64,000 nt of DNA from Candidatus Krumholzibacteriia bacterium (GCA_041484665.1 JBGPIA010000013.1:1-64000), one strand, 5' to 3'; shown: positions 1-9,789, counted from the first letter of the stretch. Notes: a model not told the origin generated them from the sequence alone. Translations and numbers: made by a program.

Positions 1-139
1 GCCACCGGCACCTGCTGAAGCTTCGCGAAGCGATCCAAGTGGAACTTAAGATCGAGCCGAGTGAGCAGCCATTCGAGGAAGAGGTGGCGTAGCCAACCGA
101 CGAGCCGTGGAGATTTCCAACTAGGAATGGGCTTGACTC
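1..139 (+). mobile_element. Right end of an IS256-family element (transposase C-terminus 3..92 plus terminal inverted repeat ending at 139)
   Basis: Frame 3 reads HRHLLKLREAIQVELKIEPSEQPFEEEVA*, like IS256 transposase C-termini. It is followed by GGAGATTTCCAACTAGGAATGGGCTTGACTC, which resembles IS256-type right ends. An unrelated reading frame starts abruptly at 140. Confidence 0.7.
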
Positions 140-616
140 GGGCAGAGCCCCAAAGCCGAGGAGCGAACAACCCTCGAGGATCTCCCCCAGTACTATGCCG
201 ACATGTTCGGCTGGCAGGAGCTGGTGGCGCGCATCGGCGCCGTGTACCAGACCCTCGCCCCCGATGACCAGCAGCACTGCGTGATCTACGTCCGCAACTA
301 CGGCGAGGCCGCGGCGCTCGACTTCTTTGGCAAGCGCTACGGGCTCCCGCGCGCCGTCTGCCCCCACAACAGTTATTGGTACTGGGGCGCGGGCGTTGAC
401 TCGATGCGCGTGGCGATCATCTTCGGAGGGCAGCGCACGCTCGAAGCGAACCTCGCCGATCTGCTGGGTCCCGGGCGGTTCGAGTCGGCCGATCTGGCCA
501 CGACCACGCAGTGCGAGCACTGCATGCCGTTCGAGAACCACCGCCTGATCTTCCTGTGCCGGGGACCGCGCTTCACGTTCAGGGAGATCTGGCCGGGGGA
601 GAAGCTCTTCATCTAA
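140..616 (+). pseudogene. 3' part of a GT39/ArnT-like membrane glycosyltransferase, interrupted by the IS
   Basis: The frame is open from 140 (GQSPKAEERTTLEDLPQYYADMFGWQE...RNYGEAAALDFFG...PHNSYWYWG). These motifs are typical of the GT39-like C-terminal domain. Confidence 0.65.
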
Positions 617-697
617 TAGCAGGTGCGGCTGTAGCAGCGACCGGCAGAAGCAGCGGCTGCGGCGCCGCGGGGGAATCGTCCCCTTGCGCAGCAGGGC

Positions 698-716
698 GTG
701 AATGAATATCATTCAC
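698..716. promoter_or_regulatory. Palindromic operator at the start of the ATPase gene
   Basis: GTGAATGA-ATA-TCATTCAC has perfect 8-bp arms and is AT-rich in a GC-rich background. Confidence 0.55.
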
Positions 717-2045
717 GGCATGAATGATTTACAGAAACTCCTCCCCCGCGCCCTCGAGCCGGTCGTGCGACGGGCCCTCGCGCGCGCCCCCGTGGTCGTC
801 CTGACCGGTGCGCGCCAGACGGGCAAGAGCACGCTCGTCACAACCGACGCGATCGGGCGAGGCCGCTCCTACCGGACGCTGGACGACTTCGACCTGCTCG
901 AGCGGGCGCAGCGCGAACCCGAAGCGCTCGCGGGCGGCGGCGAGCCCATGACCCTCGACGAGGTGCAGCGCGCCCCGGAGCTCTTGCGCGCCATCAAACG
1001 CGCCGTCGACCGCAAGCGCTGTGCCGGTCAGTTCCTGCTGACCGGCTCTGCCAACCTGCTGATGATGCGCCGGACTTCGGAGACCCTCGCGGGGCGCGCC
1101 GTTCACCTGGTGTTGTGGCCGCTGTCGGAGCACGAGAAGCACGGATGGGCACATCCAGTCCCCTGGGATCGCGTGGCCAAGGCGCGAAGCGCTGCCGCGG
1201 CGGTGGAGCTGCTGCGTGCGATGCCGGCAGGGCGCCCGCGGCTGTCGGATCATCCACGGGGCGCCACCGGATTGCGCTTGCTTCGCCGGGCCCTTGCGGG
1301 CGGGTACCCCGTGGCTGCGCTCGCTTCATCCAGCGAAGAGCGTTCACAGTGGTTCGACGGCTACATCCGTACCTACCTGGAGCGCGACTTGCAAGACGTG
1401 GCATCCATCTCGAATCTGGCCGACTTCCGCCGGCTGATGCGGCTGGCCGCGTTGCGGGTGGGGCAGGTGCTGAACCAGACCGACCTGGGACGAGATGCGG
1501 GCCTGACGCAGCCGACGACCCACCGGTATCTCAACCTGCTCGAGACTTCGTACCAGATCGTGCGGCTCCCCACGTTCGCCCTGAACCGCGGCAAGCGGCT
1601 GGTCAAGGCCCGCAAGCTCTACTGGACGGACACGGGGCTCGCCGGTCACCTGGCGGGGGTGAGCGATCGAGCGGACGACGGCTCAGAAGCTGCAGTCGTG
1701 GAGGATTCGCTGGCCGGCCCGCTGCTGGAGAATCTGGTGCTGGTGCAGCTGCTCACGTGGCAAGAGACCGTGAGTCCGCGCCCTGGGCTGTACTACTGGC
1801 GGGCTCACAGCGGACATGAAGTCGATTTTGTCATCGAAGCGGGGCGCCGTCTCTTGCCCATCGAGGTGAAGACCGGGTCGCGTGTGCGCCTGGCGGACCT
1901 GGAAGGGCTGGGCGTCTTTCTCGACCAGTACCCACGCGAGGCGCCGTTCGGGATCGTGCTCTACGGCGGCGCAGCATTGGAGCAGGTAACGGATCGGGTG
2001 CTGAGCGTCCCGCTCGACCTAGTCATGGCAGGTGGCCCCGCATAG
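702..2045 (+). CDS. AAA_14 ATPase with C-terminal DUF4143 (nuclease-like) domain
   Basis: Walker A GARQTGKS, Walker B LDEVQ, LTGSA, KLYWTDTGLA and HEVDFVIE...PIEVK motifs. The start may be 720. Confidence 0.9.
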   Translation: MNIIHGMNDLQKLLPRALEPVVRRALARAPVVVLTGARQTGKSTLVTTDAIGRGRSYRTLDDFDLLERAQREPEALAGGGEPMTLDEVQRAPELLRAIKRAVDRKRCAGQFLLTGSANLLMMRRTSETLAGRAVHLVLWPLSEHEKHGWAHPVPWDRVAKARSAAAAVELLRAMPAGRPRLSDHPRGATGLRLLRRALAGGYPVAALASSSEERSQWFDGYIRTYLERDLQDVASISNLADFRRLMRLAALRVGQVLNQTDLGRDAGLTQPTTHRYLNLLETSYQIVRLPTFALNRGKRLVKARKLYWTDTGLAGHLAGVSDRADDGSEAAVVEDSLAGPLLENLVLVQLLTWQETVSPRPGLYYWRAHSGHEVDFVIEAGRRLLPIEVKTGSRVRLADLEGLGVFLDQYPREAPFGIVLYGGAALEQVTDRVLSVPLDLVMAGGPA

Positions 2046-2090
2046 GGAGAGCCCGGTGATGGACCTAGTAATGAACCTGATTGCGCGCCG

Positions 2091-2219
2091 CGGCTCGACT
2101 TCGAGCCCGCGAACGAGCCCCCGAACACGCGTGCGAACGAGCCCGTGCCGCGCAAACCCGATGGCGGGCTCGACTGGGCGGCGATCACGGCCGTCCGCAT
2201 CCTCGAGGTGACCGACTAC
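2091..2219 (+). pseudogene. HigB-like (killer suppression) toxin C-terminal remnant
   Basis: RLDFEPANEP...VPRKPDGGLDWAAITAVRILEVTDY matches HigB C-termini. The N-terminus is absent and there is an internal ANEP duplication. Confidence 0.6.
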
Positions 2220-2238
2220 CGGCGCCTGCCTGGCGTGG

Positions 2239-2691
2239 TTCGGGGTAGCCAGCGTGGACGCGTGGCGAGAGCAGTATGGCGAGCTGGTCACTCGCTTCCG
2301 GATCGCACACCAGGCCCAGCGCAGCATCGGCGCCATCGCCGCCTGGATGCGCAAGGCCGAGCTCGATGCCAGCACCCTCCACTGCGAGCCCTTCGACCGC
2401 GGGGGATTCCGCCAGGCGCTTACCGAGCTGCGCGCGCTCACCACGGAGCCCGATCCCGCCGTATTCGTTCCCCGCCTGCAGTCCACGTGTGCCCGTCACG
2501 ACGTCGCCGTCGTGTTCGTGCCGACCCCTGCGCAGTGCCTCGCCTACGGCGCGACGCGCTGGGTTGGCAGCGACAAGGCTCTCGTCCAGTTGAGCCTGCG
2601 GTACAAGACCAACGACGCATTGTGGTTCACGTTCTTCCACGAGTCCGCGCACATCTTGCTGCACGGCAAGAAGCGGCTATTCCTCGAAGAC
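2239..2691 (+). pseudogene. HigA-type antitoxin with ImmA/IrrE Zn-peptidase domain, remnant
   Basis: GATRW...ALVQLSLRYKTNDALWFTFFHESAHILLHGKK (HExxH). The HTH N-terminus is missing and the C-terminus is replaced by a 12-bp tandem repeat. Confidence 0.7.
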
Positions 2692-2865
2692 TGGGTGGGT
2701 ACGTCCGCGGGTTCTGCGGCTGGTTCTGGCGGGAGTTCGTCCAGGGGTTCTTCCCGGAGTTCTTCCAAGAGTTATTCCGGCTGCGGGGCGCGTTCAATTG
2801 CGGACACGCCGCCCGCCCGCTACACTCGATGTGTGACAACCCAGCCTTCCGGATCGGACCACGAC

Positions 2866-3093
2866 ATGAACGCTCTTCTGGCGAAGCTGCTGGAGGAGGC
2901 CCTCGCGCTTCCGCCTGAGGCGCGCGCCGCGCTAGCCGGAAGCCTCCTTGACAGCCTCGATGACTCTGTGGATCCCGGTGCGGAGGCTGCCTGGGAGCAG
3001 GAGATCTCGCGTCGACTCCAGGAGCTGCAATCGGGAAAGGTCACGCCCATCCCATGGTCGCAGGCCCGCCGCTCGATCATGGGGTCGAGCTGA
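2866..3093 (+). CDS. Addiction-module antitoxin (ParD-like, TIGR02574 type)
   Basis: LLEEALALPPEARAALAGSLLDSLD...AWEQEISRRLQEL...IPW signature, directly upstream of a ParE-like gene. Confidence 0.8.
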   Translation: MNALLAKLLEEALALPPEARAALAGSLLDSLDDSVDPGAEAAWEQEISRRLQELQSGKVTPIPWSQARRSIMGSS

Positions 3094-3392
3094 CGGCCCA
3101 AAGCGTCGAGTTCCACCCCGAAGCGGTTGCGGAGGCTCTGGCCGCGGTAGCCTGGTAGCGAGCGCGTAGCGAGCGCGCGGCCGTGGCGTTCATCGCGGAT
3201 CTCGACGACACCGTCCAACGCATCCACGAGACGCCTGAGCGCTGGCTGCAGTTCCCTTCGGCCGCGCGCCGCTGCCTTTTGCGGAGTTTTCCATTCGCTG
3301 TCGTGGACGCGATCGAGCCCGACGCCATCCACGTCATTGCCGTTGCCCACGGTCGGAGGCGACCCGGGTACTGGAAGAGACGCGACACCTGA
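3090..3392 (+). pseudogene. RelE/ParE toxin with premature TAG at 3156-3158
   Basis: SVEFHPEAVAEALAAVAW*RARSERAAVAFI...RRCLLRSFPF...VIAVAHGRRRPGYW. The stop lies where the conserved Tyr (WY) is expected. Confidence 0.75.
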
Positions 3393-3683
3393 GCCCCAGG
3401 GAACGACGGCTCGAGAGGCCGTGCCCTCGCACCCTGCCGCGCGTGCCGCCAGCCACACCTGCTTCAGGCGCCCAGCCCCCGTCGTTCGGCGAGGCCCTGC
3501 TCCAAGAGCCTCTACGCGCCCGCCGTGTGCGGATGCGGCGCGCCCACGAGGTCCATCGGGACGTCCAGCAGCCGGTCCTTGGGAACTCCGGTGCAGGGAG
3601 GCCGCGATGGGGGGCGCGGTAGCGGGTCGCCCCCCAAGTATCGGCTGCCTCAGCGATGGCGGCTTCCGCAGTGGCGGAGACCG

Positions 3684-4193
3684 TCAGCTCTTCGCGGACG
3701 GCAGCGGCAGCTCCTCCCGCGTAGGCCCGTAGCAGCGCGTCGGACGACCACCGGCGAGACGGCACATCAGGACCAGCTGCCCGCGGTGGTGGATCTTGTG
3801 GTGCAGGAGTATTTCCCAGAGGAGCTGGCGGATCGGCGCGGCCGGCATCGAGAAGAACTCCATCGTCCGGTCCAGGTCCGCTGGCTTGAGCTTGAGCACG
3901 CGCGCGCGGGCGTCCCTGTGCACGCGTTCGTAGCCCGGCGCGAGCTCCTCGACCTTGCGGGGCCGCTCGATTCCGGCAGGCCTTTGCTCCGGCGAGAAGA
4001 CCCCCTTCTCGATGCCGAAGGAAATGAACGCGTCACCTTCCGAGAGATGCCAGGCCAGCTCGCCCAGCGATCTCCCCTGTGGATCGGGGCGGAAGTCGTA
4101 CTTGTCGCGCGGCAGCGCGCGCATCAGCTCGACTGTTTTCTTTGCCTCCTGATCCCAAATCTCGACGAACTGCTCGACCTCGTTGCGTGCCAT
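3684..4193 (-). CDS. DinB family protein
   Basis: FRPDPQGRSLGELAWH and HKIHHRGQL motifs. Confidence 0.85.
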   Translation of the reverse strand: MARNEVEQFVEIWDQEAKKTVELMRALPRDKYDFRPDPQGRSLGELAWHLSEGDAFISFGIEKGVFSPEQRPAGIERPRKVEELAPGYERVHRDARARVLKLKPADLDRTMEFFSMPAAPIRQLLWEILLHHKIHHRGQLVLMCRLAGGRPTRCYGPTREELPLPSAKS

Positions 4194-4278
4194 GATGGTT
4201 CTCCGATCGCTGGCCTGCGGGGGATCGTGTGCGCTTGCGTGGGCTCTTGTCAGCCCTGGACGCCCGGGACTATACTTC

Positions 4279-4298
4279 GTAGTTGACCGGTTGTCTAC
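4279..4298. promoter_or_regulatory. Possible TetR operator between divergent dinB-family and tetR genes
   Basis: Imperfect palindrome GTAGTTGACCGGTTGTCTAC next to TATACT. Confidence 0.4.
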
Positions 4299-4423
4299 AA
4301 CCCTTTGTCGCCTTGCCGCCGAGCTGCCGATCTGCGGTGCTGCCCTGCCGCCGTGCCCCTTTGCCGCACGCAGGGGACCGCACCCAGGGCCGCGGACAGG
4401 GCCGCGGAAGGAGCCCCCGGCGT

Positions 4424-5077
4424 ATGGGACGAACGAGCGACGCCAAGCAGAGGCTGATCGCGGCCATGGCGGACCTGGTCCATCGGCGGGGGTACACGAG
4501 CGTCACCGTGGACGACGTGTGTGCCGCCGCCCAGGTCAAGAAGGGCAGCTTCTACTACTTCTTTCCTTCGAAGCGCGATCTCATGCTCGCGGCGCTCGAT
4601 CGGAAGTGGGAGATGGGGCGCGACCACTTCCTGAGCGCCGCCTTTGCCGACGATCTGCCGCCGCTTCAGCGCATCCAGCGCTTCTTCACGATGATTGCCG
4701 ACATCGAGGCGAGCAACAAAAAGCGCACCGGCCAGGTGCTGGGCTGTCCGTTCGGAAACGTGGCCGCTGAGACCAGCACGACCGAGCCCGTGCTGGCCAA
4801 GCGAGCGGACGCCGCCTTCTGCGGCATGGCCGATTTCATCCGCGACTGTCTGCAGCGTGCGATCGCCGCCGGCGAACTCCCCCGGAGCACCGATGTTAAG
4901 GGAGCCTCCGAGGCAATCGTGGCCTATTTCGAGGGCTTGAGCGTGATGGCAAAGGCGCGCAACGACCCCTCGGTCTACCGTCGGCTCAGCCACCGCGCGG
5001 TGCTGCTGGCCGCCAACGTCCAGGACAAGACCCCGACGGCCGGCGGCACGCCACGCCGCAGGAAGGTGGCGAAGTGA
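4424..5077 (+). CDS. TetR/AcrR family regulator (NemR-like)
   Basis: HTH GYTSVTVDDVCAAAQVKKGSFYYFFPSK and GCPFGN motif. Confidence 0.9.
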   Translation: MGRTSDAKQRLIAAMADLVHRRGYTSVTVDDVCAAAQVKKGSFYYFFPSKRDLMLAALDRKWEMGRDHFLSAAFADDLPPLQRIQRFFTMIADIEASNKKRTGQVLGCPFGNVAAETSTTEPVLAKRADAAFCGMADFIRDCLQRAIAAGELPRSTDVKGASEAIVAYFEGLSVMAKARNDPSVYRRLSHRAVLLAANVQDKTPTAGGTPRRRKVAK

Positions 5078-5292
5078 GTCCACGGAAGAAGGTGAGCCCA
5101 ACGAAGAAAGCAAGCCCGAGGATGCAGTCGAATCCACCTGATGCCGCGGCGGACCCGCCGTTCACGCCGATCGTGGATGCCTTCGCCGATGACCGGCATG
5201 TCACGCTGCGCAAGATGTTCAGCTCATCAGCGCTCACCGTAGTGCGCGCCGGAGGGTTGTCGAGGGTCGAGCGGGTGGTCGAGCTGCGTTAG
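5074..5292 (+). pseudogene. Short truncated fragment, possibly TfoX/MmcQ-like
   Basis: PIVDAFADDRHVTLRKMFSS resembles the N-terminus of such proteins, after which similarity is lost. Confidence 0.3.
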
Positions 5293-5293
5293 A

Positions 5294-5599
5294 TCAACGA
5301 GTGCGCCACGCGGAACGACCGGCGTCGAACCTCGGGATCTCTCCGATCCCGAGCCGCTCCATCACCTCTGACGGCGCACCACGCGCACTCGCTCGAGCAG
5401 CCTCTGTACGCCGACCTTCCGCGCATGCGGGGCGCCGACCAGGTACATCGGGACGCTCGAGTCGACGAAGATCACCCCGGCCCCCCGCCGCCCGGAGCGC
5501 CTGCCGGACCCACTCCGCCACGGTCACGCGCTGGGAGCGGGCCGCTCGTTGGACTTCTCGCAGTTCGGTGTCGTCTAGGAGCATCTGGAGGCGTTCCAT
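5294..5599 (-). pseudogene. Collapsed VapBC toxin-antitoxin module
   Basis: The antitoxin start MERLQMLLDDTELREVQRAARSQRVTVAEWVRQALRAA is truncated. The PIN start (GTG 5475) MIFVDSSVPMYLVGAPH and the PIN end VMERLGIGEIPRFDAG remain, with the middle deleted. Confidence 0.7.
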
Positions 5600-5722
5600 C
5601 AGGGCTCTAAGTAGAGACGGCTCATCGACATGCGTCAAGGCCGTGCCGCAGCCGGGGGTGGCTCAATTCGAGCCCGGTCTTCGGCTCTCGGCAGGGAAGC
5701 ACACGGCGTTGCTGACGGCATG

Positions 5723-5764
5723 CCTCTGCGAATATGACCATCATTATGCTCATATTCGCAGAGG
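5723..5764. repeat. 42-bp inverted repeat with perfect 15-bp arms
   Basis: CCTCTGCGAATATGA-CCATCATTATGC-TCATATTCGCAGAGG. Confidence 0.85.
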
Positions 5765-5860
5765 GCCACGGCAACCAACGCACCATGCCCAGGGCTCCCG
5801 CGCCCCTGCCCTCCGCCCCCTTGCTTTTCCCCAACTTTCCCCTTGCGGCCTACCCGTACC

Positions 5861-5895
5861 TGCTAATAGACTAGCAGAATGCTAATCCACCAGCA
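5861..5895. promoter_or_regulatory. Tandem BlaI-type operator boxes
   Basis: TGCTA-ATAGAC-TAGCA (5861-5876) and TGCTA-ATCCAC-CAGCA (5880-5895) lie just upstream of the BlaI-family gene. Confidence 0.7.
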
Positions 5896-5923
5896 TGGAG
5901 ACGCCACCCGCGGGAGAGTGCCG

Positions 5924-6313
5924 ATGAACGCCAGTAACCACGCGCAGCTTGGGCGCCGCGAGCGCCAGATCATGGAGGCGGTCTACCACCTTGGACGGGC
6001 CACGGTGGCCGAGGTGCTCCAGCGCCTGGAGGATCCGCCCAGCTATTCGTCGGTGCGCGCGATGCTGCGCATCCTGGAGGAGAAGGGGCACCTCCGTCAC
6101 GAGCAGGACGGCCCGCGCTACGTCTACCTGCCCACGGTCCCTCGCGAACGCGCCCGCCGCACTATCCTGCGCGACGTCGTCCGCCGCCTGTTCAACGGCT
6201 CGACCGAGCAGGCCGTCGCGGCGCTGCTCTCGTCGTCCGACGGAAAGCTCTCCCCCGACCAGCTCGACCGGCTGCAAGGCCTGATCGACCACGCACGCCG
6301 GCAGGGAAGGTGA
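5924..6313 (+). CDS. BlaI/MecI/CopY family repressor
   Basis: LGRRERQIMEAVY...PPSYSSVRAMLRILEEKGHL, translationally coupled to an M56 peptidase gene. Confidence 0.93.
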   Translation: MNASNHAQLGRRERQIMEAVYHLGRATVAEVLQRLEDPPSYSSVRAMLRILEEKGHLRHEQDGPRYVYLPTVPRERARRTILRDVVRRLFNGSTEQAVAALLSSSDGKLSPDQLDRLQGLIDHARRQGR

Positions 6314-9300
6314 CGCCCATGATGCACCCTGAGATCCCTTCAATGATCGCAGCGATCGCGCCCCCGATGCTCGCAGTCGTCGCCGAGGCCACGGTCAAAG
6401 GGACGCTCGTGCTTGCCCTCGCGGCGACGATGGCGCTGGCCCTGCGTGGCGGCTCCGCTGCACGCCGGCACCTGGTGTGGACGTGCGCGCTCGCCGCTCT
6501 GCTGGTCCTTCCCGCCCTGCTCGCCGCTCTGCCTCCCTGGCGCGTGGAGGCGCCAGCGCTTGCATGGTTGTCGGTGCAGGAGCGGGCTGGCGGGGAGAGG
6601 GTTGGCGAGTCTGCGAACCGCAATCCGAGCCAAGCTGCAAACGGCGCGCCGAGCACCGCCGCGCCCAGCGATCCGGGTACTGCCATGGGTGACGCCGCGG
6701 GCAGCGCAGCGCTCGACGTTCCGGGCATCGCCTCAACCGATGCGGGCCTGACCCCGGCCACGGGGTCGCGTCACGTCGCCGTGCGCCCCACCACCACGAT
6801 TTCCCCGCCGTCGCGCCAGCCTTCGCGCCTGCCGGCGTCAGCCGTCCCGACATCGTCCTCCGCGACCGCAGGCGTCACATCCGTGCGCAGCCTGCCCTGG
6901 GGCACCCTCGCCGTTGCGGTGTGGGCATTCGGAGCGCTGCTCGTGTTCGGCACGTTCCTCACCGGGCACCTGATGCTTCGCCTGCTCACGCGCGACGCCC
7001 GGGTACTGACCGACCGAGCATGGCAGGACGCCGCGCTGGAGGCCGCGCAGCGGCTTGGCCTGACGCTCCCCTTCGCGCTGTTGCAGAGCCCCTCCGCGGG
7101 CATGCCCGTGACGTTTGGGCTGTTGCGCCCGCGTGTGCTGTTACCCGCCGATACCGAGAGCTGGTCCGTGGCGCGCCGTCGCGCGGTGCTGCTGCACGAG
7201 CTGGCCCATGTCAAACGCCACGACTGCCTGACCCAGGCGCTGGCCCAGGTGGTGTGCGCGCTTTTCTGGTTCCACCCTGGTGTGTGGTGGGCAGCGTCGC
7301 GCATGCGCGTGGAGCGCGAGCGCGCGTGCGACGATCACGTGATCGTTGCCGCCACGCCGGCCAGCGCGTACGCCGATCATCTGCTGGACGTCGTGCGGTC
7401 GCTGCGCGCGGCGCGGCTTGGCGCGCTGGGGGCGGTGGCCTTTGCGCGCCCGGCGCAGTTCGAGGGGCGGCTGCTGGCCGTGCTCGATCCACGCCGTGAC
7501 CGCCGTGGCGTGACGGCGCGCTTCGCGCTGCCCAGCGCCGCGGTCGGCGCGATCTTGCTGCTGCCGCTGGCCGCGTTGCAGCCCAGTGTCGCGCCGACCC
7601 AGGTGGCCGCCGCCCCGGCCCACGCGAGCGCCCCCCCTGCCGTAGCACCCGCCGCATCGGCAGAGCCGCTGGCCTCGCCTTCGGCGGTTACGGCCATCAC
7701 CATTTCCGGCACGTCCTTCACGTCGCGCCACGCGGCGGCAGCGGCAGCAAGCGAGCGCCCCTCCAAGATCCTGCGCGCGCCACAGGATGGCTCCCTACAC
7801 GATCGCATCGCGTGGGCACGCGGCGAGGCAGCTCGCCTGGGAGCGCACCACTGGTGGATCGCTTGGCAGCTCCAGCCCCACACCGGTATCCATGGCGGCC
7901 AGCTGAGCGACTCCCAGGGTGTCGATCTCGACGTGCTCGACGACCACTCGGGAGCCTTGACGCTGGACGACCTGCTGGCCGAGCGCGCCACCTCGACCTG
8001 GCCGACGCATACCGAGGGCAAGGAGAACCCGGTCGCGGCGCTGTTTCTGGTCAGCGGCGATTCGGGCAGCGCCATCGAGCGCACGCGCGTCCAGAGCCTG
8101 CGGCTTCCCGCCGACTGCGGCGGCCTCCCCCTGCTGTGGTTGGGCGAGGTGCCGGACGCGCAGAGTGTGGAGTGGATGCGCGCCCAGGCCGACCGCGAGC
8201 AGAATCGGCGCCTGCGCGGGGAGCTGGTCGAAGCGGTCTCGTTCCACGGAAGCTCCGAGCTGGTCGTTCCGTGGCTGCGCGGTGTGATCGGCGGGCGCGA
8301 CTCCGATGAGGTGCGCTCGCGCGCCGTGGACGGGCTCGGGCATCACCCAGGCCGCGAGACCATGGAGATCCTGCTGCAGATCGCGCACACCGACCGGTCG
8401 ACCGAGGTGCGGCGCAGCGCGGTGGAGGCGCTGGGACAATCGCGGACGCCAGGCGCGATGGACGCACTGATCGCGCTGGCGGGCGATCCGTCCAGCGGCG
8501 AGGAGGTCCGGGCCGGCGTATTCAATGCGATCGGCGACGCGGCGGCGCGCGGGGAGTCGCGCGGCGAGCCTCGCGCGGAGCCTGGCGCGGGGTCTCGCGC
8601 GGAGCCGGGTGATGCGGACTCAAGCAAGCTCACGACCACCACGACGGATCCGCGCGCTGCCTACGAGCAGGCGCAAGCCGCGATGGCACAGGCCGAGCGA
8701 GCGTTGGCCGAGGTTCAGCAGGCCGAGCGAGAGCGCGCGGAAGCCGGGCAGGCCGAGCGGGGGCGGACCAAGGCCGGTCCGTCCGATCGGGCGTTGACCG
8801 AGGCCGCGCGGGCCCAAGCGGAGCGGGCGCAACGAGCGTACGCCGAGGCTCAGCGGGCCGCGGAAGCCCTGCGCGAAGCGGCGCGGGCCGAGCAGGGGCT
8901 CGTTCGCGACAACCAGGAGGACCACGAGCAGGACCGCGAGCTGGACGGCGAGCAGGACGGCGATCGGGACGACGAGCCCTCCATGACGCTGGACCCGGGC
9001 GAGCTGGAGGTCCAGCGCCAGGCGGTGGAGTCGCTGGGCCGTTATCCCGAGGCCGACGCGCTGCCGCGCCTGCGCGGAATGGCGAGCGGTCACCCGAATG
9101 CCGAGGTGCGGGCCCAGGCGGTCGAGAGCCTTGCGCACCTCGGGACTCCCGCGGCGCTGGCCGTGGTCGAGGAGCTGGCCTGGAAGAGCCCCTACCCGCA
9201 GGTGCGCGAGATGGCGGTGAAGTGCCTTGGGCATCAGCTCCCCGCAGACCAGGCGCTGCAAAAGCTGGAGAAGCTCGCGCGCACGCACCCCAGGCCCGAC

Positions 9301-9789
9301 GCGCGCCGAATGGCCGCCGAGGCCCTCGGGAGCATCGGCACACCGCAGGCGACGGCCGCGCTCGAGCGCCTGGCGCGCGACGCGGATGATCCGGAGGTAT
9401 CCCGCCAGGCCGTCGAGAGCCTCGGCCGCTGCGACGATGCAGGAATGTCGGCTCGGCTGGACGAGATCGCGCGCACGCACCCGCGGTTGGAGGTGCGGCG
9501 CCAGGCCGCCGAGAGCATGGGCCGTCGCTCGGAGAACGACGCGGCCGACCGCCTGCTAGCGCTGGCGCTCGCCGACGTGCCCGAGGAGGTACAGCGCCAG
9601 GCCGTGGAGAGCCTGGGCCGTGTGGACAACAAGGACGTGATGCCCATTCTGGCCGAGCTCGCGCGCAACCACCCGTCACCCGAGGTGCGGCGCCAGGCGG
9701 TCGAGTCCATGACCCGCCGCGACCCGGAGCGAGCCCTGCCGCTGCTCCAGCAGATGCTCCACGCGCGGCCGCGCAAGCCAACGAGTTGA
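6310..9789 (+). CDS. M56 (BlaR1-like) metallopeptidase with C-terminal HEAT repeats
   Basis: AARRHLVW, VLLHELAHVKRHD, WFHPGVWW and ERERACDD motifs, then many EVRRQAVESLG HEAT repeats. Confidence 0.9.
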   Translation: MTPMMHPEIPSMIAAIAPPMLAVVAEATVKGTLVLALAATMALALRGGSAARRHLVWTCALAALLVLPALLAALPPWRVEAPALAWLSVQERAGGERVGESANRNPSQAANGAPSTAAPSDPGTAMGDAAGSAALDVPGIASTDAGLTPATGSRHVAVRPTTTISPPSRQPSRLPASAVPTSSSATAGVTSVRSLPWGTLAVAVWAFGALLVFGTFLTGHLMLRLLTRDARVLTDRAWQDAALEAAQRLGLTLPFALLQSPSAGMPVTFGLLRPRVLLPADTESWSVARRRAVLLHELAHVKRHDCLTQALAQVVCALFWFHPGVWWAASRMRVERERACDDHVIVAATPASAYADHLLDVVRSLRAARLGALGAVAFARPAQFEGRLLAVLDPRRDRRGVTARFALPSAAVGAILLLPLAALQPSVAPTQVAAAPAHASAPPAVAPAASAEPLASPSAVTAITISGTSFTSRHAAAAAASERPSKILRAPQDGSLHDRIAWARGEAARLGAHHWWIAWQLQPHTGIHGGQLSDSQGVDLDVLDDHSGALTLDDLLAERATSTWPTHTEGKENPVAALFLVSGDSGSAIERTRVQSLRLPADCGGLPLLWLGEVPDAQSVEWMRAQADREQNRRLRGELVEAVSFHGSSELVVPWLRGVIGGRDSDEVRSRAVDGLGHHPGRETMEILLQIAHTDRSTEVRRSAVEALGQSRTPGAMDALIALAGDPSSGEEVRAGVFNAIGDAAARGESRGEPRAEPGAGSRAEPGDADSSKLTTTTTDPRAAYEQAQAAMAQAERALAEVQQAERERAEAGQAERGRTKAGPSDRALTEAARAQAERAQRAYAEAQRAAEALREAARAEQGLVRDNQEDHEQDRELDGEQDGDRDDEPSMTLDPGELEVQRQAVESLGRYPEADALPRLRGMASGHPNAEVRAQAVESLAHLGTPAALAVVEELAWKSPYPQVREMAVKCLGHQLPADQALQKLEKLARTHPRPDARRMAAEALGSIGTPQATAALERLARDADDPEVSRQAVESLGRCDDAGMSARLDEIARTHPRLEVRRQAAESMGRRSENDAADRLLALALADVPEEVQRQAVESLGRVDNKDVMPILAELARNHPSPEVRRQAVESMTRRDPERALPLLQQMLHARPRKPTS

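Noticed and set aside
2254..3093. Genuine fusion of an IrrE-like peptidase and an addiction antitoxin (279-aa ORF)
   Set aside because: The two parts are joined by a 12-bp tandem repeat and non-coding-like sequence, and the antitoxin has its own ATG at 2866. This is accidental read-through of a remnant.
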